Source: an uncultured virus (IMG/VR IMGVR_UViG_3300031758_009234) | Lineage: Duplodnaviria; Heunggongvirae; Uroviricota; Caudoviricetes | Virus record (IMG/VR): IMGVR_UViG_3300031758_009234 | Span: 1-64,000 of that record | DNA: 64,000 bases | Strand: one strand, 5' to 3' | The notes under the pieces: generated by a model | Told to the model about the DNA's origin: nothing | Seen by the model: only the letters and a program-made list of their open reading frames with translations | Databases searched by the model: none | Shown: positions 19,524 through 30,123 of the stretch, piece after piece | How positions within the stretch are numbered: the first letter of the stretch is position 1 | How the letters are laid out: each line of letters begins with the position of its first letter | Made by a program: the position numbers and the translations under genes

Positions 19524-19967
19524 ATGAATATTTATAATGAACTATCACTACTACTTCCTATAACAATAAAAATACTAGTAGCAACAATATGTGGATCACT
19601 AGTTGGTTGGGAAAGAGAAAAGAAAAATAAATTTGCTGGTCTTAGAACAAACCTTCTAATTTGTGTTGGATCAGCAATTTTTACTATTGGTTCCTTTTAT
19701 GCAGGAACTTTGTACAATGTTGACCCAACTCGTATCCTATCAACAATAGTTACTGGTATGGGATTTTTAGGTGGTGGTGTTATTATGAGAGATAATGATA
19801 AAATGATTGGTATAACAACCGCGGCTTTTATCTGGGTAATATCTGGAATTGGAATATTAGCTGGAATGGGTTTAGTTCTTATACCTATAATTTTAACAAT
19901 AGGACTTTTAATAGTCACTAGATATTTTGAAAAAGTAGAAAGATATATAAGAAATGATAGAAATTGA
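19524..19967 (+). CDS. mgtC: MgtC/SapB family membrane protein
   Basis: GWERE..AGLRT, DPTRI..IVTGMGFLGGGVI, GITTAA. Confidence 0.92.
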   Translation: MNIYNELSLLLPITIKILVATICGSLVGWEREKKNKFAGLRTNLLICVGSAIFTIGSFYAGTLYNVDPTRILSTIVTGMGFLGGGVIMRDNDKMIGITTAAFIWVISGIGILAGMGLVLIPIILTIGLLIVTRYFEKVERYIRNDRN

Positions 19968-20442
19968 AAGAAAATTCCTTTTAAAGGCAATGCCTGATAT
20001 TCTTCCAAGTGAGATTATAAAAATAGACCAATTTTATTTTAAAAATAAAGAAGGTATTTGGGAAAGAGTTAGACAATACGATTCTAATGTAAATGGTAAG
20101 AAATGGATTCATACCATAAAATATAGAATTAATGATATGTCAAACGAAGAAGTAGAAAAAGAAATATCTAAAAAAGAGTTTGATAAGTTTAAAACTAAGT
20201 GTTATACAAATAAATTAAACGCTCGTCATATAAGAAAAGAAAGATGGGTTTATCCAGATGGTGACTTAAAATGGGAAGTTGATTTATTTAAAGATAATTA
20301 TCACTTAATTATTGCTGAGATTGAAATACCATCAGAAGATTATGAATTAAATATTCCCGAATTTATAAATAAAAAGAGTTTATTGGAAGTCACCGGATTA
20401 AAACAATTTAGTAATCGTAGTCTTTCTATTAAACTAAAATAA
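19954..20442 (+). CDS. CYTH-domain protein
   Basis: EIERKFL, WEVDLF, IAEIE, EVTG..FSN. Confidence 0.88.
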   Translation: MIEIERKFLLKAMPDILPSEIIKIDQFYFKNKEGIWERVRQYDSNVNGKKWIHTIKYRINDMSNEEVEKEISKKEFDKFKTKCYTNKLNARHIRKERWVYPDGDLKWEVDLFKDNYHLIIAEIEIPSEDYELNIPEFINKKSLLEVTGLKQFSNRSLSIKLK

Positions 20443-20456
20443 TTTTTCTAATATAA
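20431..20456 (+). promoter_or_regulatory. AAAC-N17/18-TATAA promoter class (putative middle promoter)
   Basis: Same spacing at 19398, 21380, 24423, 56996, 59333 (+) and at 848, 38303, 54863 (-). Confidence 0.55.
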
Positions 20457-20461
20457 ACTCT

Positions 20462-21055
20462 ATGGAAAAATTAGAATTAAGGATGTATGGATTCGTGCCA
20501 TATAACATTAGTGAAATACAAAAAGGAATACAATTTGGACACACCGTAGTTGAATATGGATTAGTAAATCATTTAGATAATGATTACTTAAATTGGGCTA
20601 AGTATAATAAAACATTTATTATTCTTAATGGTGGTACCTCAAACCACTCTGTTGATAGATATAGAGAAGAAGCTTTCAATAAAGGTTGGAGAGAAGATGA
20701 AACTTATGTTGGATCAATGGAAACAATTAAAACCACTTTAGAAGAAAATGATGTTAAGATTGCTACTTTCTACGAACCAGATTTAAATGATATGTTATCT
20801 GGTATTTGTTTTATTGTGGATGAAAGAGTTTTTAATAAGAAATACTTAGGTCTTGGAGATTGGATTGTTGAAAACTATGGTGATATGATTATGGATAATC
20901 ATGGTTTTGGATTCAATGTTTCAAGATTAGAAAAACAAATAAAGTATTCCGAGATACCAAAAGAACAAAAAATCTATCAAAAATGGGTTGAGTACATTGG
21001 TGGTGAAAAGAATGTATTTCTTAGAGACTACTTATCAAAATTTAGATTAGCATGA
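20462..21055 (+). CDS. peptidyl-tRNA hydrolase 2 (PTH2)-like phage protein
   Basis: RMY..KGIQFGH, TFIILNGG, FYEPDLNDMLSGICF. Confidence 0.6.
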   Translation: MEKLELRMYGFVPYNISEIQKGIQFGHTVVEYGLVNHLDNDYLNWAKYNKTFIILNGGTSNHSVDRYREEAFNKGWREDETYVGSMETIKTTLEENDVKIATFYEPDLNDMLSGICFIVDERVFNKKYLGLGDWIVENYGDMIMDNHGFGFNVSRLEKQIKYSEIPKEQKIYQKWVEYIGGEKNVFLRDYLSKFRLA

Positions 21056-21399
21056 CAACTTGGTTAAAAATAGAAGATAATATTTTCGAGATTATTAAAT
21101 CTGAACATCAATTCACTATTGATAATAGTTGGACTTCTAGTTTTTTTTCAATAGATACTAAATCTAATCCAACTTATTTTGATATAATACTTAATTACTA
21201 TTCGAGTAAAAAAGTTTTTGATTGGGAAGATAATAAATCAAAGGGGTTTTCAGCTAGTATAAAAACGATGGATATTTTTGATAATATTTTATCTTTTACA
21301 ATAAAGAGTAAAGAGTGGGGTATCAAGGATAAAGCTTATGAAAGAAACGAAAGATTAGAACAAATACTACCAGAAGAAAAAACTTCTGATGAAAAATAA
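21052..21399 (+). CDS. hypothetical protein, C-terminal tag family
   Basis: Ends ERNERLEQILPEEK... Confidence 0.65.
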   Translation: MTTWLKIEDNIFEIIKSEHQFTIDNSWTSSFFSIDTKSNPTYFDIILNYYSSKKVFDWEDNKSKGFSASIKTMDIFDNILSFTIKSKEWGIKDKAYERNERLEQILPEEKTSDEK

Positions 21400-21439
21400 A
21401 ATATAATAAATTACTTTGTAACCAAAATTTTTTAATAAT

Positions 21440-23629
21440 ATGGGAAAAACTAATAAAGACAATCAGTATTACAAAAACTTACCTGATGTGAGAATGGCTA
21501 TTGAAGATGATGATGATGATGATAAGACATTCTCTTCATCTTCTAAGAAATCTGATACTAAATCTAAAACTCCAGTTTTAGATACATATAGTCGTGATTT
21601 GACTAAAATGGCTGAAGAGGGTAGATTAGACCCTATCGTAGGTCGTGAAAAAGAAATTGAAAGAGTTTCACAAATTCTTTCTCGTAGAAAGAAAAACAAT
21701 CCAATTTTAATTGGTGAACCAGGTGTTGGTAAATCTTCAATTGCTGAAGGATTAGCACTTAGAATTGTTCAAAGAAAAGTATCTAGACTTCTTTTTAATA
21801 AAAGAGTTGTTATGCTTGACTTAGCATCTATGGTCGCTGGTACTAAATACCGTGGACAATTTGAGGAAAGAATTAAGGCTTTAATGGCTGAAATGGAAAA
21901 AAATCCTGATGTCATCCTTTTCATTGATGAAATTCATACTATGATTGGTGCTGGTGGAGCTTCTGGATCAATGGATGCTTCCAATATGTTTAAACCAGCT
22001 TTAGCAAGAGGTGAAATTCAAATCATTGGTGCTACTACTTTAGACGAGTATAGAAAACACATTGAAAAAGATGGAGCGTTAGAAAGACGTTTTCAAAAAG
22101 TTCAAGTTGAACCTGCTACTCCAGAAGAGACAATGATTATCATTGGTAATATTAAAGATAAATATGAGTCACATCACAATGTTACTTACACACCGGAAGC
22201 AATTAAGGCTTGTGTTGATTTAACTTCTCGTTATATGACTGATAGATTTTTACCAGATAAGGCTATTGATGCTATGGATGAAGCTGGATCAAGAGTTCAT
22301 ATTTCAAATATTGTTGTTCCAAAAGAAATTACAGATATTGAAAACAAAATATTGGAGATTAAGGATCAAAAACATGATGTTATCAGATCTCAAAAATACG
22401 AAGAGGCTGCTAAATTAAGAGATACTGAGAGAAAGTTGAACGATGCTTTGGAAAAGGCTAGAAAAAACTGGGAAGAAGAATCATCTAAAAATCGTCAAAT
22501 TGTAACTGAGGATAATGTAGCAGAGGTTGTATCAATGATTACAGGTATTCCTTTACAAAAAGTAAGTGAAAAGGAAAACAATAGACTTGCTAAAATGGGT
22601 CAAGAAATTGCTGGTAAAGTAGTTGGTCAAGATGAAGCTGTTAAGAAAGTAGTTAGAGCTATTCAAAGAGGTAGAGTTGGTATGAAAGATGCTAACAGAC
22701 CTGTATTCAGTGGTATGTTGATTGGTAACTCTGGTGTTGGTAAAACTGAGTTGGCTAAACAAATCGCTAAATATCTATTTGACTCTGAGGACTCTTTAAT
22801 TAGATTGGATATGTCTGAATATATGGATAAAATTTCAATTTCTAAAATTCAAGGTTCAGCTCCAGGATATGTTGGTTATGAAGATAGTAACGTTCTTGAT
22901 AGAATTAGAAGAAAACCTTATTCTGTTATTCTTTTTGATGAGATTGAAAAAGCAAATCCTGAGGTATTTAACTTATTCTTACAAATGTTAGATGATGGTC
23001 ACATGACTGATTCACACGGTAGAAAAGTAAGTTTTAAAAATTGTATTATTTTAATGACTTCTAACGTAGGTACAAGACAAGTTAAAGATTTTGGTACTGG
23101 AGTTGGTTTCTCTACTAAAACAAGAGAAAGTCAAAATGAAGAACACATTAAGGCGATTTTAGATAAAGAGTTGAAAAATAAATTTGCTCCTGAGTTTATC
23201 AATAGATTAGATGACATTATCTACTTTAGAGATTTAGGTAAAAATGAAATCTTGAAAATTGTTGATTTAGAATTAAATAAAACAATTAAGAGAGCATCTG
23301 ACATTGGTTTCCCAATTGAAATCACAGATGAATTAAAAGATCATCTTGTTGAAGTTGGTTATGATCCTAAATTTGGTGCTAGACCTTTAAAGAGAGCTAT
23401 TCAAAGATGGGTTGATGATATAATTACTGATTATATTATTGAAAATAATCCAGAAGAAGGAACAAAATTCTTATGTGATTATAATAAAGAGGATGAACAA
23501 TCTTTTATTAAACCTATCCACACACCAAGTGAAATTAAAGAGTTACAAGAACATTTACTACCAGAAGTAAAGAATGATGATGTTAAGGTTGAGAAACCAA
23601 AACGAACAAGAAAAAAGAAAGATGAATAA
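21440..23629 (+). CDS. clpC: ClpC/ClpB-like AAA+ unfoldase lacking the N-terminal Clp repeat domain
   Basis: GEPGVGKS, FIDEIH, UVR-type middle domain KYEEAAKLRD, GNSGVGKT, GVGF (IGF-loop-like), FGARPLKR. Confidence 0.9.
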   Translation: MGKTNKDNQYYKNLPDVRMAIEDDDDDDKTFSSSSKKSDTKSKTPVLDTYSRDLTKMAEEGRLDPIVGREKEIERVSQILSRRKKNNPILIGEPGVGKSSIAEGLALRIVQRKVSRLLFNKRVVMLDLASMVAGTKYRGQFEERIKALMAEMEKNPDVILFIDEIHTMIGAGGASGSMDASNMFKPALARGEIQIIGATTLDEYRKHIEKDGALERRFQKVQVEPATPEETMIIIGNIKDKYESHHNVTYTPEAIKACVDLTSRYMTDRFLPDKAIDAMDEAGSRVHISNIVVPKEITDIENKILEIKDQKHDVIRSQKYEEAAKLRDTERKLNDALEKARKNWEEESSKNRQIVTEDNVAEVVSMITGIPLQKVSEKENNRLAKMGQEIAGKVVGQDEAVKKVVRAIQRGRVGMKDANRPVFSGMLIGNSGVGKTELAKQIAKYLFDSEDSLIRLDMSEYMDKISISKIQGSAPGYVGYEDSNVLDRIRRKPYSVILFDEIEKANPEVFNLFLQMLDDGHMTDSHGRKVSFKNCIILMTSNVGTRQVKDFGTGVGFSTKTRESQNEEHIKAILDKELKNKFAPEFINRLDDIIYFRDLGKNEILKIVDLELNKTIKRASDIGFPIEITDELKDHLVEVGYDPKFGARPLKRAIQRWVDDIITDYIIENNPEEGTKFLCDYNKEDEQSFIKPIHTPSEIKELQEHLLPEVKNDDVKVEKPKRTRKKKDE

Positions 23630-23696
23630 TCTTTAAAAAGAGAGAGAGATTAAACTCTCTCTTTTTTATTTTATATAAATAAAAAATAATTAAATA

Positions 23697-24422
23697 ATGA
23701 ATAGATTTGTTTTTATAATCCCATATAGAAACGTCATTAACTATATTCAAGATTGTGCTAAGTCAATTATTGGTCAGAAATACCAAAATTGGATAGCTAT
23801 TTTTTGTGATGATGCTTCAAATGATGGTACTTCTTTCAATTTACCAAAAGATGAAAGATTTACTTTAAGAAAAAATAAAGAAAGAATTACTGCCTTACCT
23901 AACATACACTATGGTATAGTTGAATCTAATTTAGATGATGAGGATATCATTTGTATTTTAGATGGTGATGATTTTTTAGTGACACCAGATGCTTTAGATA
24001 TTTTAAATTCTTTATATCAAGACAATACTTTACTTACCTATGGTCAGTATGTTTGGCCAAATGGTCAAATTGGTCATTGTAAACCATATACAAGAGAAGA
24101 GTTTAAACAACTTAGAAATGGCGGATATTGGGCTTCTCACATGAGAACTTATAAATATAAGTTATATAAGGAGTTAATGAATCAAGATCCTGAATTAAAT
24201 TGTTTCAAAGATAAAAATGGCGATTTTTATACTATGAGTTGTGATGTTGCTACAATGACACCACTTATGGAAATTGCTGGGTTTGATAGAATAAAATTCA
24301 ATCCTAATCCTATCTATTATTACAGAATACACCAACAAAATGATCATTTTGTTGACTCTAAATTACAGAAAGACGTTGCTGATGAACTTTTTGCTAAAAA
24401 TAGTTTTCAAGAAATGAAATAA
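23697..24422 (+). CDS. glycosyltransferase family 2
   Basis: FIIPYRN, CDDASNDGT, ILDGDD. Confidence 0.88.
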   Translation: MNRFVFIIPYRNVINYIQDCAKSIIGQKYQNWIAIFCDDASNDGTSFNLPKDERFTLRKNKERITALPNIHYGIVESNLDDEDIICILDGDDFLVTPDALDILNSLYQDNTLLTYGQYVWPNGQIGHCKPYTREEFKQLRNGGYWASHMRTYKYKLYKELMNQDPELNCFKDKNGDFYTMSCDVATMTPLMEIAGFDRIKFNPNPIYYYRIHQQNDHFVDSKLQKDVADELFAKNSFQEMK

Positions 24423-24463
24423 AAACTTTGTTATAAAAACAAATATAAAAAATAAAAAATAAT

Positions 24464-25087
24464 ATGCTTTTAGATTTTAACGGTATTTTAAGAAAATACA
24501 ACATGGAGATTAATGGTGTTCTACATATTGGAGCTCACTATGGTGAAGAACATTCATTATATAAAATGAATAATATAAATAAGATTGTTTATTTTGAACC
24601 TTTGAAAAATAACTTCCAAGTATTGGAATCAAAAGTTGGTTCAGATGCAACTTTATATAACATTGCTTTAGGAGCAGAAGAAAAAGAAATTGAAATGTTT
24701 GTTGAAACAGCAAATAATGGTCAATCTTCTTCTATATTAGAACCAGCTTTACACTTAGTACAATATCCTGGTATTGTTTTTCACGATAGGGAAATGGTAC
24801 AGATGAAAAGATTAGATGATGTTATTGATAACTCAAATAAAGAATACAACTTTATTAATATTGATGTTCAAGGATATGAGTTAGAAGTTTTTAAAGGAGC
24901 TACCGAAACATTAAAAAATGTAGATTACATCATTGCTGAAATTAACAGAGATGAGGTTTATAAAAACTGTGCTAAAATAGATGAGTTGTGTCAATTCTTG
25001 GGTCAATTTGGTTTTGTATTTGTAGAACAAAACTGGGTAGGTGGTACTTGGGGAGATGGTCTTTTTGTTAAAAAAAATAAATTATAA
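24464..25087 (+). CDS. FkbM family methyltransferase
   Basis: LHIGAHYGEE, FEPL, NIDVQGYELEVFKGA. Confidence 0.9.
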   Translation: MLLDFNGILRKYNMEINGVLHIGAHYGEEHSLYKMNNINKIVYFEPLKNNFQVLESKVGSDATLYNIALGAEEKEIEMFVETANNGQSSSILEPALHLVQYPGIVFHDREMVQMKRLDDVIDNSNKEYNFINIDVQGYELEVFKGATETLKNVDYIIAEINRDEVYKNCAKIDELCQFLGQFGFVFVEQNWVGGTWGDGLFVKKNKL

Positions 25088-25830
25088 TGAGAAAAATTTC
25101 AATTGCTATACCTTATTACAATAATAGCAAATTTATGAAAGAAACTCTATCTTATCCAATTACGGATGATAGAGTTTCTGAAATAATAATTTGTGATGAT
25201 AACTCATCTGATTTAGATGAGTTAAAAGTTATTATATCTGAATTAAACTCAGATAAAGTTAAACTTATTGAAAATAGTGAGAACTTAGGTGTTTATCTTA
25301 ACAAGATAAGAGCTATAAAAAATTGTAGTAATGATTGGGTTATTTTATTTGATTCTGATAATGTTATTGGTGAAAATTATATCAATCACCTATATGAAAT
25401 AGATGATTGGAATAGTGATACGATATACGCACCAGCTTTCATCGAGAAAATAAACGAGAATGGTCATCACGATAGTTATTTTGATTATAGAATTTATTCA
25501 GGATTAATAACTAAAGAGAACTTCAGAAATTTAGATCACTTTAATAGTTTATTTCAAACTATGATGAATACTTGTAACTATTTTGTCAACAAAGAAAATT
25601 ATATAAAATGTTCCGAAAAAAACAGTCCAAACTATGACACTAGGTTAATATCTTCTTTAGATTCAATTACATTGTTATCTGATTGGCTAACATCCGATAA
25701 TAAACTGTTTTTAATAAAAGATATGGGATATAAACATAGAATACATAGTAACTCTTCCTATTTAAAACATATGAATAAGATTAATGAAGGTGAGTGGACT
25801 AGACAGTTATATCAAAAAATTATGAGCTAA
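25087..25830 (+). CDS. glycosyltransferase family 2
   Basis: ISIAIPYYN, CDDNSSD, LFDSDN. Confidence 0.85.
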   Translation: MRKISIAIPYYNNSKFMKETLSYPITDDRVSEIIICDDNSSDLDELKVIISELNSDKVKLIENSENLGVYLNKIRAIKNCSNDWVILFDSDNVIGENYINHLYEIDDWNSDTIYAPAFIEKINENGHHDSYFDYRIYSGLITKENFRNLDHFNSLFQTMMNTCNYFVNKENYIKCSEKNSPNYDTRLISSLDSITLLSDWLTSDNKLFLIKDMGYKHRIHSNSSYLKHMNKINEGEWTRQLYQKIMS

Positions 25831-25831
25831 A

Positions 25832-26572
25832 ATGAATATATCTTTATGTATACCAAATTATGAAAGAATTGAAATATTAATTGATTCTTTTATCAAAGTT
25901 TTAAATGATGATAGAATATCAGAAATTGTTATAATGGATGATAACTCATCAAATTATGCTAATATAAAATTAGCATTAGATGGATTATCTAATAACAAAA
26001 TCAAACTATATAAACAAGATATAAATTTAGGAACATTTTTTAATAAACTTGAGTGTGTTAAAAAAGCGGAGAATGAATATATAATTTTATTAGACTCTGA
26101 TAATATTATTGATGTAACATACATTGATAAAATATATCAAACTGATTGGTCTAAGAATAAACTAATATCACCAGAAAGATTAATTCATCATGAACATAAC
26201 ATGTGGAATGAAAAAGGTATTTTTATAAAATATACTAAATTTAATGGGGTTAGGATTGATAAGGCATTTTGTAAAAAACACTTTTTAGATGGTGGTGACT
26301 TATTAGATGTCTTATTAAATACTGGTAATTTTTTTGTTAATAAAGAATCATATATAAAATCATTTGATATAAACACATTTAATAGAGATGTTGATATTTG
26401 TGATGTTGGATTTTTTAATTATTTATTTTTAAGTTCAAATGAAACCAATTATATAGAAGTTTGTCCTGATTTAGAATATACACATAGAGTACACCAAGGT
26501 AGTTACTATATGAATAATTCTTCTAAAAGTGGTAATCAAATTAATATACTAAAAAATATTTTTACACAATGA
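25832..26572 (+). CDS. glycosyltransferase family 2 (paralog of the previous gene)
   Basis: ISLCIPNY, MDDNS, LLDSDN, NTGNFFVNKE. Confidence 0.85.
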   Translation: MNISLCIPNYERIEILIDSFIKVLNDDRISEIVIMDDNSSNYANIKLALDGLSNNKIKLYKQDINLGTFFNKLECVKKAENEYIILLDSDNIIDVTYIDKIYQTDWSKNKLISPERLIHHEHNMWNEKGIFIKYTKFNGVRIDKAFCKKHFLDGGDLLDVLLNTGNFFVNKESYIKSFDINTFNRDVDICDVGFFNYLFLSSNETNYIEVCPDLEYTHRVHQGSYYMNNSSKSGNQINILKNIFTQ

Positions 26573-27411
26573 TGATACAAACACCTGACTCATTAAGAGT
26601 TGTTATAAATGTTCACTATCCACCTTTTAACTCACAAATATTTGAAGAGTTTTTTTATAGTAAATATTTACAAAACCAGATAGAAACTGAGAGAATATAC
26701 CTTCCAATTTTTTGGACAAGTTTGTATGTTAATAGAAACTATGGTAATGGAGATTTATCCGATATTCAAAATTTTATTGATAATCTAGATAAAGATAAAA
26801 AATATTATACAATTGTTCAATACGATGATAATATTTTAAATAACTTTGGTGATTTAGATATTAAAATATTTGCTATGGGTGGTCATGGTAAATATTCCGA
26901 TAAATGTTATCCAATTCCGTTGAATTGTTTACCACCACCAAATATTTTTATAAATCCTGATAAAGATATATTTGCTTCTTTTATTGGTAGTGATACACAC
27001 CCAGTTAGAGTCGCAATGAGAAATTCATTAGGAGGTGATTCTAAGTACTTTATTTCACAACCAATTGGTTATGAACAATTTAGAGATGTTATGTCGAGAA
27101 GTATTTTTTCTCTTTGTCCAAGAGGATATGGTGAAACATCCTTTAGAATATGTGAAGCTCTTCAAAACGAATCTATACCAGTCTATATTTATGATAACCC
27201 ACTAGTTCCTTTTAATACTGAATTTAATTTTGATGAGATTGGAGTACAAATTCATGTTAATGATATTTCAAAATTAGATGAAATATTATCTTCTAAAACA
27301 CCTGAGGATATAAATAGATATGTTGAGAGAGGTAGAGAGATTTATAAAAAATATTTTGACTATGATGGATGTTTTAACTCTATTATAGAAATATTACAAA
27401 AAAATAATTAA
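26569..27411 (+). CDS. exostosin-like (GT47) glycosyltransferase
   Basis: DIFASFIG..R, SIFSLCPRGYGETSFRICEAL..IPVYI. Confidence 0.85.
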   Translation: MMIQTPDSLRVVINVHYPPFNSQIFEEFFYSKYLQNQIETERIYLPIFWTSLYVNRNYGNGDLSDIQNFIDNLDKDKKYYTIVQYDDNILNNFGDLDIKIFAMGGHGKYSDKCYPIPLNCLPPPNIFINPDKDIFASFIGSDTHPVRVAMRNSLGGDSKYFISQPIGYEQFRDVMSRSIFSLCPRGYGETSFRICEALQNESIPVYIYDNPLVPFNTEFNFDEIGVQIHVNDISKLDEILSSKTPEDINRYVERGREIYKKYFDYDGCFNSIIEILQKNN

Positions 27412-27414
27412 AAG

Positions 27415-28227
27415 ATGATTTCAGTTTATTTTAATGGTAGATTAGGTAATCAAATATTTCAATATTTAGCTACTAGATTAGCATCATATAACAGTGGTAT
27501 TAAATTTTTTGTACCAAAAAGTAAAGAAGAAGGTAATAATTTAGCAAATTATTGTAGAAAGTTTGGATACTATGAGATGTCAAATCCATCAAATCCACAT
27601 TATTGGATTGGTGATAAACTATTTGATATAGACTTTGGTGAAATCGATGGTGATTTACTACACAAACAAGAAGAAGGATCTCTTGATAATGTATCAGATA
27701 ATACTTTTTTAAATGGTTTTTTTCAATCCGAAAACTATTTTATAGATAAAAAAGATTTAGTAAAATCTTGGATTCCTATTAGAAAAGAAAATATAGATAA
27801 AACAATTGATTTGATTCAAAAATATCCAATTGATGAATATTGTTATATACACTTCAGAGGAGCTGATTATAAAGATATTCATCATTGGTACTTACCTATT
27901 ACTTACTATCAAGATGCTATTGATAAAGTTAGAGAAGTAAAAAATGATTTAAAGTTTTTAGTAATAACGGATGATGTTGAGGAGGCTAAGAAATTTTTCC
28001 CAGATTTTGATGTTATTAGTAATGAGATGGAAATTGATTTTTGCTTACTTTATCAATCTAAATATACGGTTATACCAAATTCTTCTTTTTCTTGGTGGGC
28101 TAGTTGGTTAAATGATGATAATATAATTACTGTTGCTCCTGAAAGATGGTTTAATTATAATGTTGGTGGTGAATTTGATCCTCCTAAAATTAAAAGTGAT
28201 AAATTCACATACATTGATAAAAAATAA
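27415..28227 (+). CDS. alpha-1,2-fucosyltransferase-like (GT11)
   Basis: GRLGNQIFQY, GFFQSENYF, HFRGADY, NSSFSWW. Confidence 0.9.
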   Translation: MISVYFNGRLGNQIFQYLATRLASYNSGIKFFVPKSKEEGNNLANYCRKFGYYEMSNPSNPHYWIGDKLFDIDFGEIDGDLLHKQEEGSLDNVSDNTFLNGFFQSENYFIDKKDLVKSWIPIRKENIDKTIDLIQKYPIDEYCYIHFRGADYKDIHHWYLPITYYQDAIDKVREVKNDLKFLVITDDVEEAKKFFPDFDVISNEMEIDFCLLYQSKYTVIPNSSFSWWASWLNDDNIITVAPERWFNYNVGGEFDPPKIKSDKFTYIDKK

Positions 28228-28234
28228 AAAGATT

Positions 28235-29020
28235 ATGATTATAAGTAAAATACAAGGTGGTTTAGGAAATCAAATGTTTCAATGGGCTTATGGTAGATAT
28301 TTATCTCATAAACATGATACCGAGTTGAGATTAGATACTAATTTCTATAATTATAGATTACCCGGTACAACTCAAAGAGAGTTTTTATTAAATAGATTTA
28401 CAAACATTTCAACAAATACAGATTTAAGAGTATCATTAGTTGGTCCTATCTATAAAATAGAAGATAATTTTATTTTTAAAGAGGTGCCAAAGCCAGTGAA
28501 TGTAAATTATTATCTAGATGGATATTGGCAAAGTGAAAAATATTTTAAAGAAATAGAATCTTTGATTAGAGAAGATTTTAAACCAAGTGATGAGATGTTG
28601 AGTAAACTATTAAAAACTCCATTGATTGATAAAAATAATATTTCACTTCATATAAGAAGAACTGATTATGTTACCTCAAATGGTTATCATCCAGTACAAT
28701 CTATTGAGTATTATAATAAAGCAGTTGAGACAATTGGTGAATATGATTACATCTTTGTTTTTTCTGATGATATAAAATGGTGTAAAGAAAATTTACATTT
28801 TGATAATATGATATTTATGGAAGGTTTTACTGACATTCAAGATTTATATTTGATGTCTTTTTGTAAGAATAATATTATTGCTAATAGTTCATTCAGTTGG
28901 TGGGGGGCTTGGTTAAATAATAATATGAATAAAAAAGTAGTTGCTCCTGAGAAATGGTTTGGTGATATGGCTAATATTAACACAACTGATATTATACCAG
29001 AAAGTTGGATAAAGATATGA
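28235..29020 (+). CDS. alpha-1,2-fucosyltransferase-like (GT11)
   Basis: GGLGNQMFQ, GYWQSEKYF, HIRRTDY, ANSSFSWWGAW. Confidence 0.92.
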   Translation: MIISKIQGGLGNQMFQWAYGRYLSHKHDTELRLDTNFYNYRLPGTTQREFLLNRFTNISTNTDLRVSLVGPIYKIEDNFIFKEVPKPVNVNYYLDGYWQSEKYFKEIESLIREDFKPSDEMLSKLLKTPLIDKNNISLHIRRTDYVTSNGYHPVQSIEYYNKAVETIGEYDYIFVFSDDIKWCKENLHFDNMIFMEGFTDIQDLYLMSFCKNNIIANSSFSWWGAWLNNNMNKKVVAPEKWFGDMANINTTDIIPESWIKI

Positions 29021-30123
29021 AGTATGATTATTTAATAGTTGGATCGGGATTATTTGGCTCAGTTTTTGCTAGAGAAATGAAAAACTCTGGTAAAAGTTGT
29101 TTAATTATTGAAAAGAGAAAACATATTGCCGGTAACCTTTATACTGAGAATATACATGGTATCAATGTTCATAAATATGGACCTCATATATTTCATACTT
29201 CGGATGATAAAGTTTGGGAATATGTTAATAAGTATGCTAAGTTTAATCATTTTAGATATGAACCTTTAGCAAACTATAATGGTGAGATTTATAATCTACC
29301 ATTCAACATGAATACATTTGGTAAAATGTGGAATATTTTTACACCTGAAGAGGTTAAATCTAAAATAGATTCTCAGAGAATAAATATTGATAATCCAAGA
29401 AATTTAGAAGAGTTTGCTCTTTCTATGGTTGGTAAAGATATTTATGAAAAACTAATCAAAGAATATACAAAAAAACAATGGGGTAAAGATCCTTCTGAAT
29501 TACCAACTTCTATAATTAAAAGAATACCAATTCGATTTAAATATGATAATAACTATTATAGAGATAAATATCAAGGTATACCAATTGGTGGATATACTAA
29601 GATGATAGAAAATATAGTTGGTGATATAGAAGTAATTTATGGTGAAGATTTTTTATCTAAACGTGAATATTATGAATCTATATCAAATAAAATTGTTTAC
29701 ACTGGAAAGATTGATGAGTTTTTTGATTATGAATTTGGTAAATTAGAATATAGAAGTTTAAGATTTGATGAAGAAATATTACCTATCTCAAATTATCAAG
29801 GTGTTGCTGGTGTTAATTACACTAGCGAGAATGTATCATATACCCGTATAATAGAACATAAACACTTTGACTTATTAGATGATACTAAATACACTATAAT
29901 AACCAAGGAGTATCCACAAAAGTATAATGGTGAAAATGAAGCTTACTACCCTGTTAATGATTATTTAAACAATTCTATATATAATCTCTATAAAGAAAGA
30001 AGTAAAGCTTTAGATAAATATATCTTTGGTGGTAGATTAGCAAATTATAAATATTATGACATGCACCAAGTAATAGCAGAAGCTTTAAAAAAATCAAAAG
30101 ATGAGATATGGTCGAAGTTGTAA
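29017..30123 (+). CDS. glf: UDP-galactopyranose mutase
   Basis: IVGSGLFG, HKYGPHIFHT, YQGIP, GRLANYKYYDMHQ. Confidence 0.95.
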   Translation: MKYDYLIVGSGLFGSVFAREMKNSGKSCLIIEKRKHIAGNLYTENIHGINVHKYGPHIFHTSDDKVWEYVNKYAKFNHFRYEPLANYNGEIYNLPFNMNTFGKMWNIFTPEEVKSKIDSQRINIDNPRNLEEFALSMVGKDIYEKLIKEYTKKQWGKDPSELPTSIIKRIPIRFKYDNNYYRDKYQGIPIGGYTKMIENIVGDIEVIYGEDFLSKREYYESISNKIVYTGKIDEFFDYEFGKLEYRSLRFDEEILPISNYQGVAGVNYTSENVSYTRIIEHKHFDLLDDTKYTIITKEYPQKYNGENEAYYPVNDYLNNSIYNLYKERSKALDKYIFGGRLANYKYYDMHQVIAEALKKSKDEIWSKL

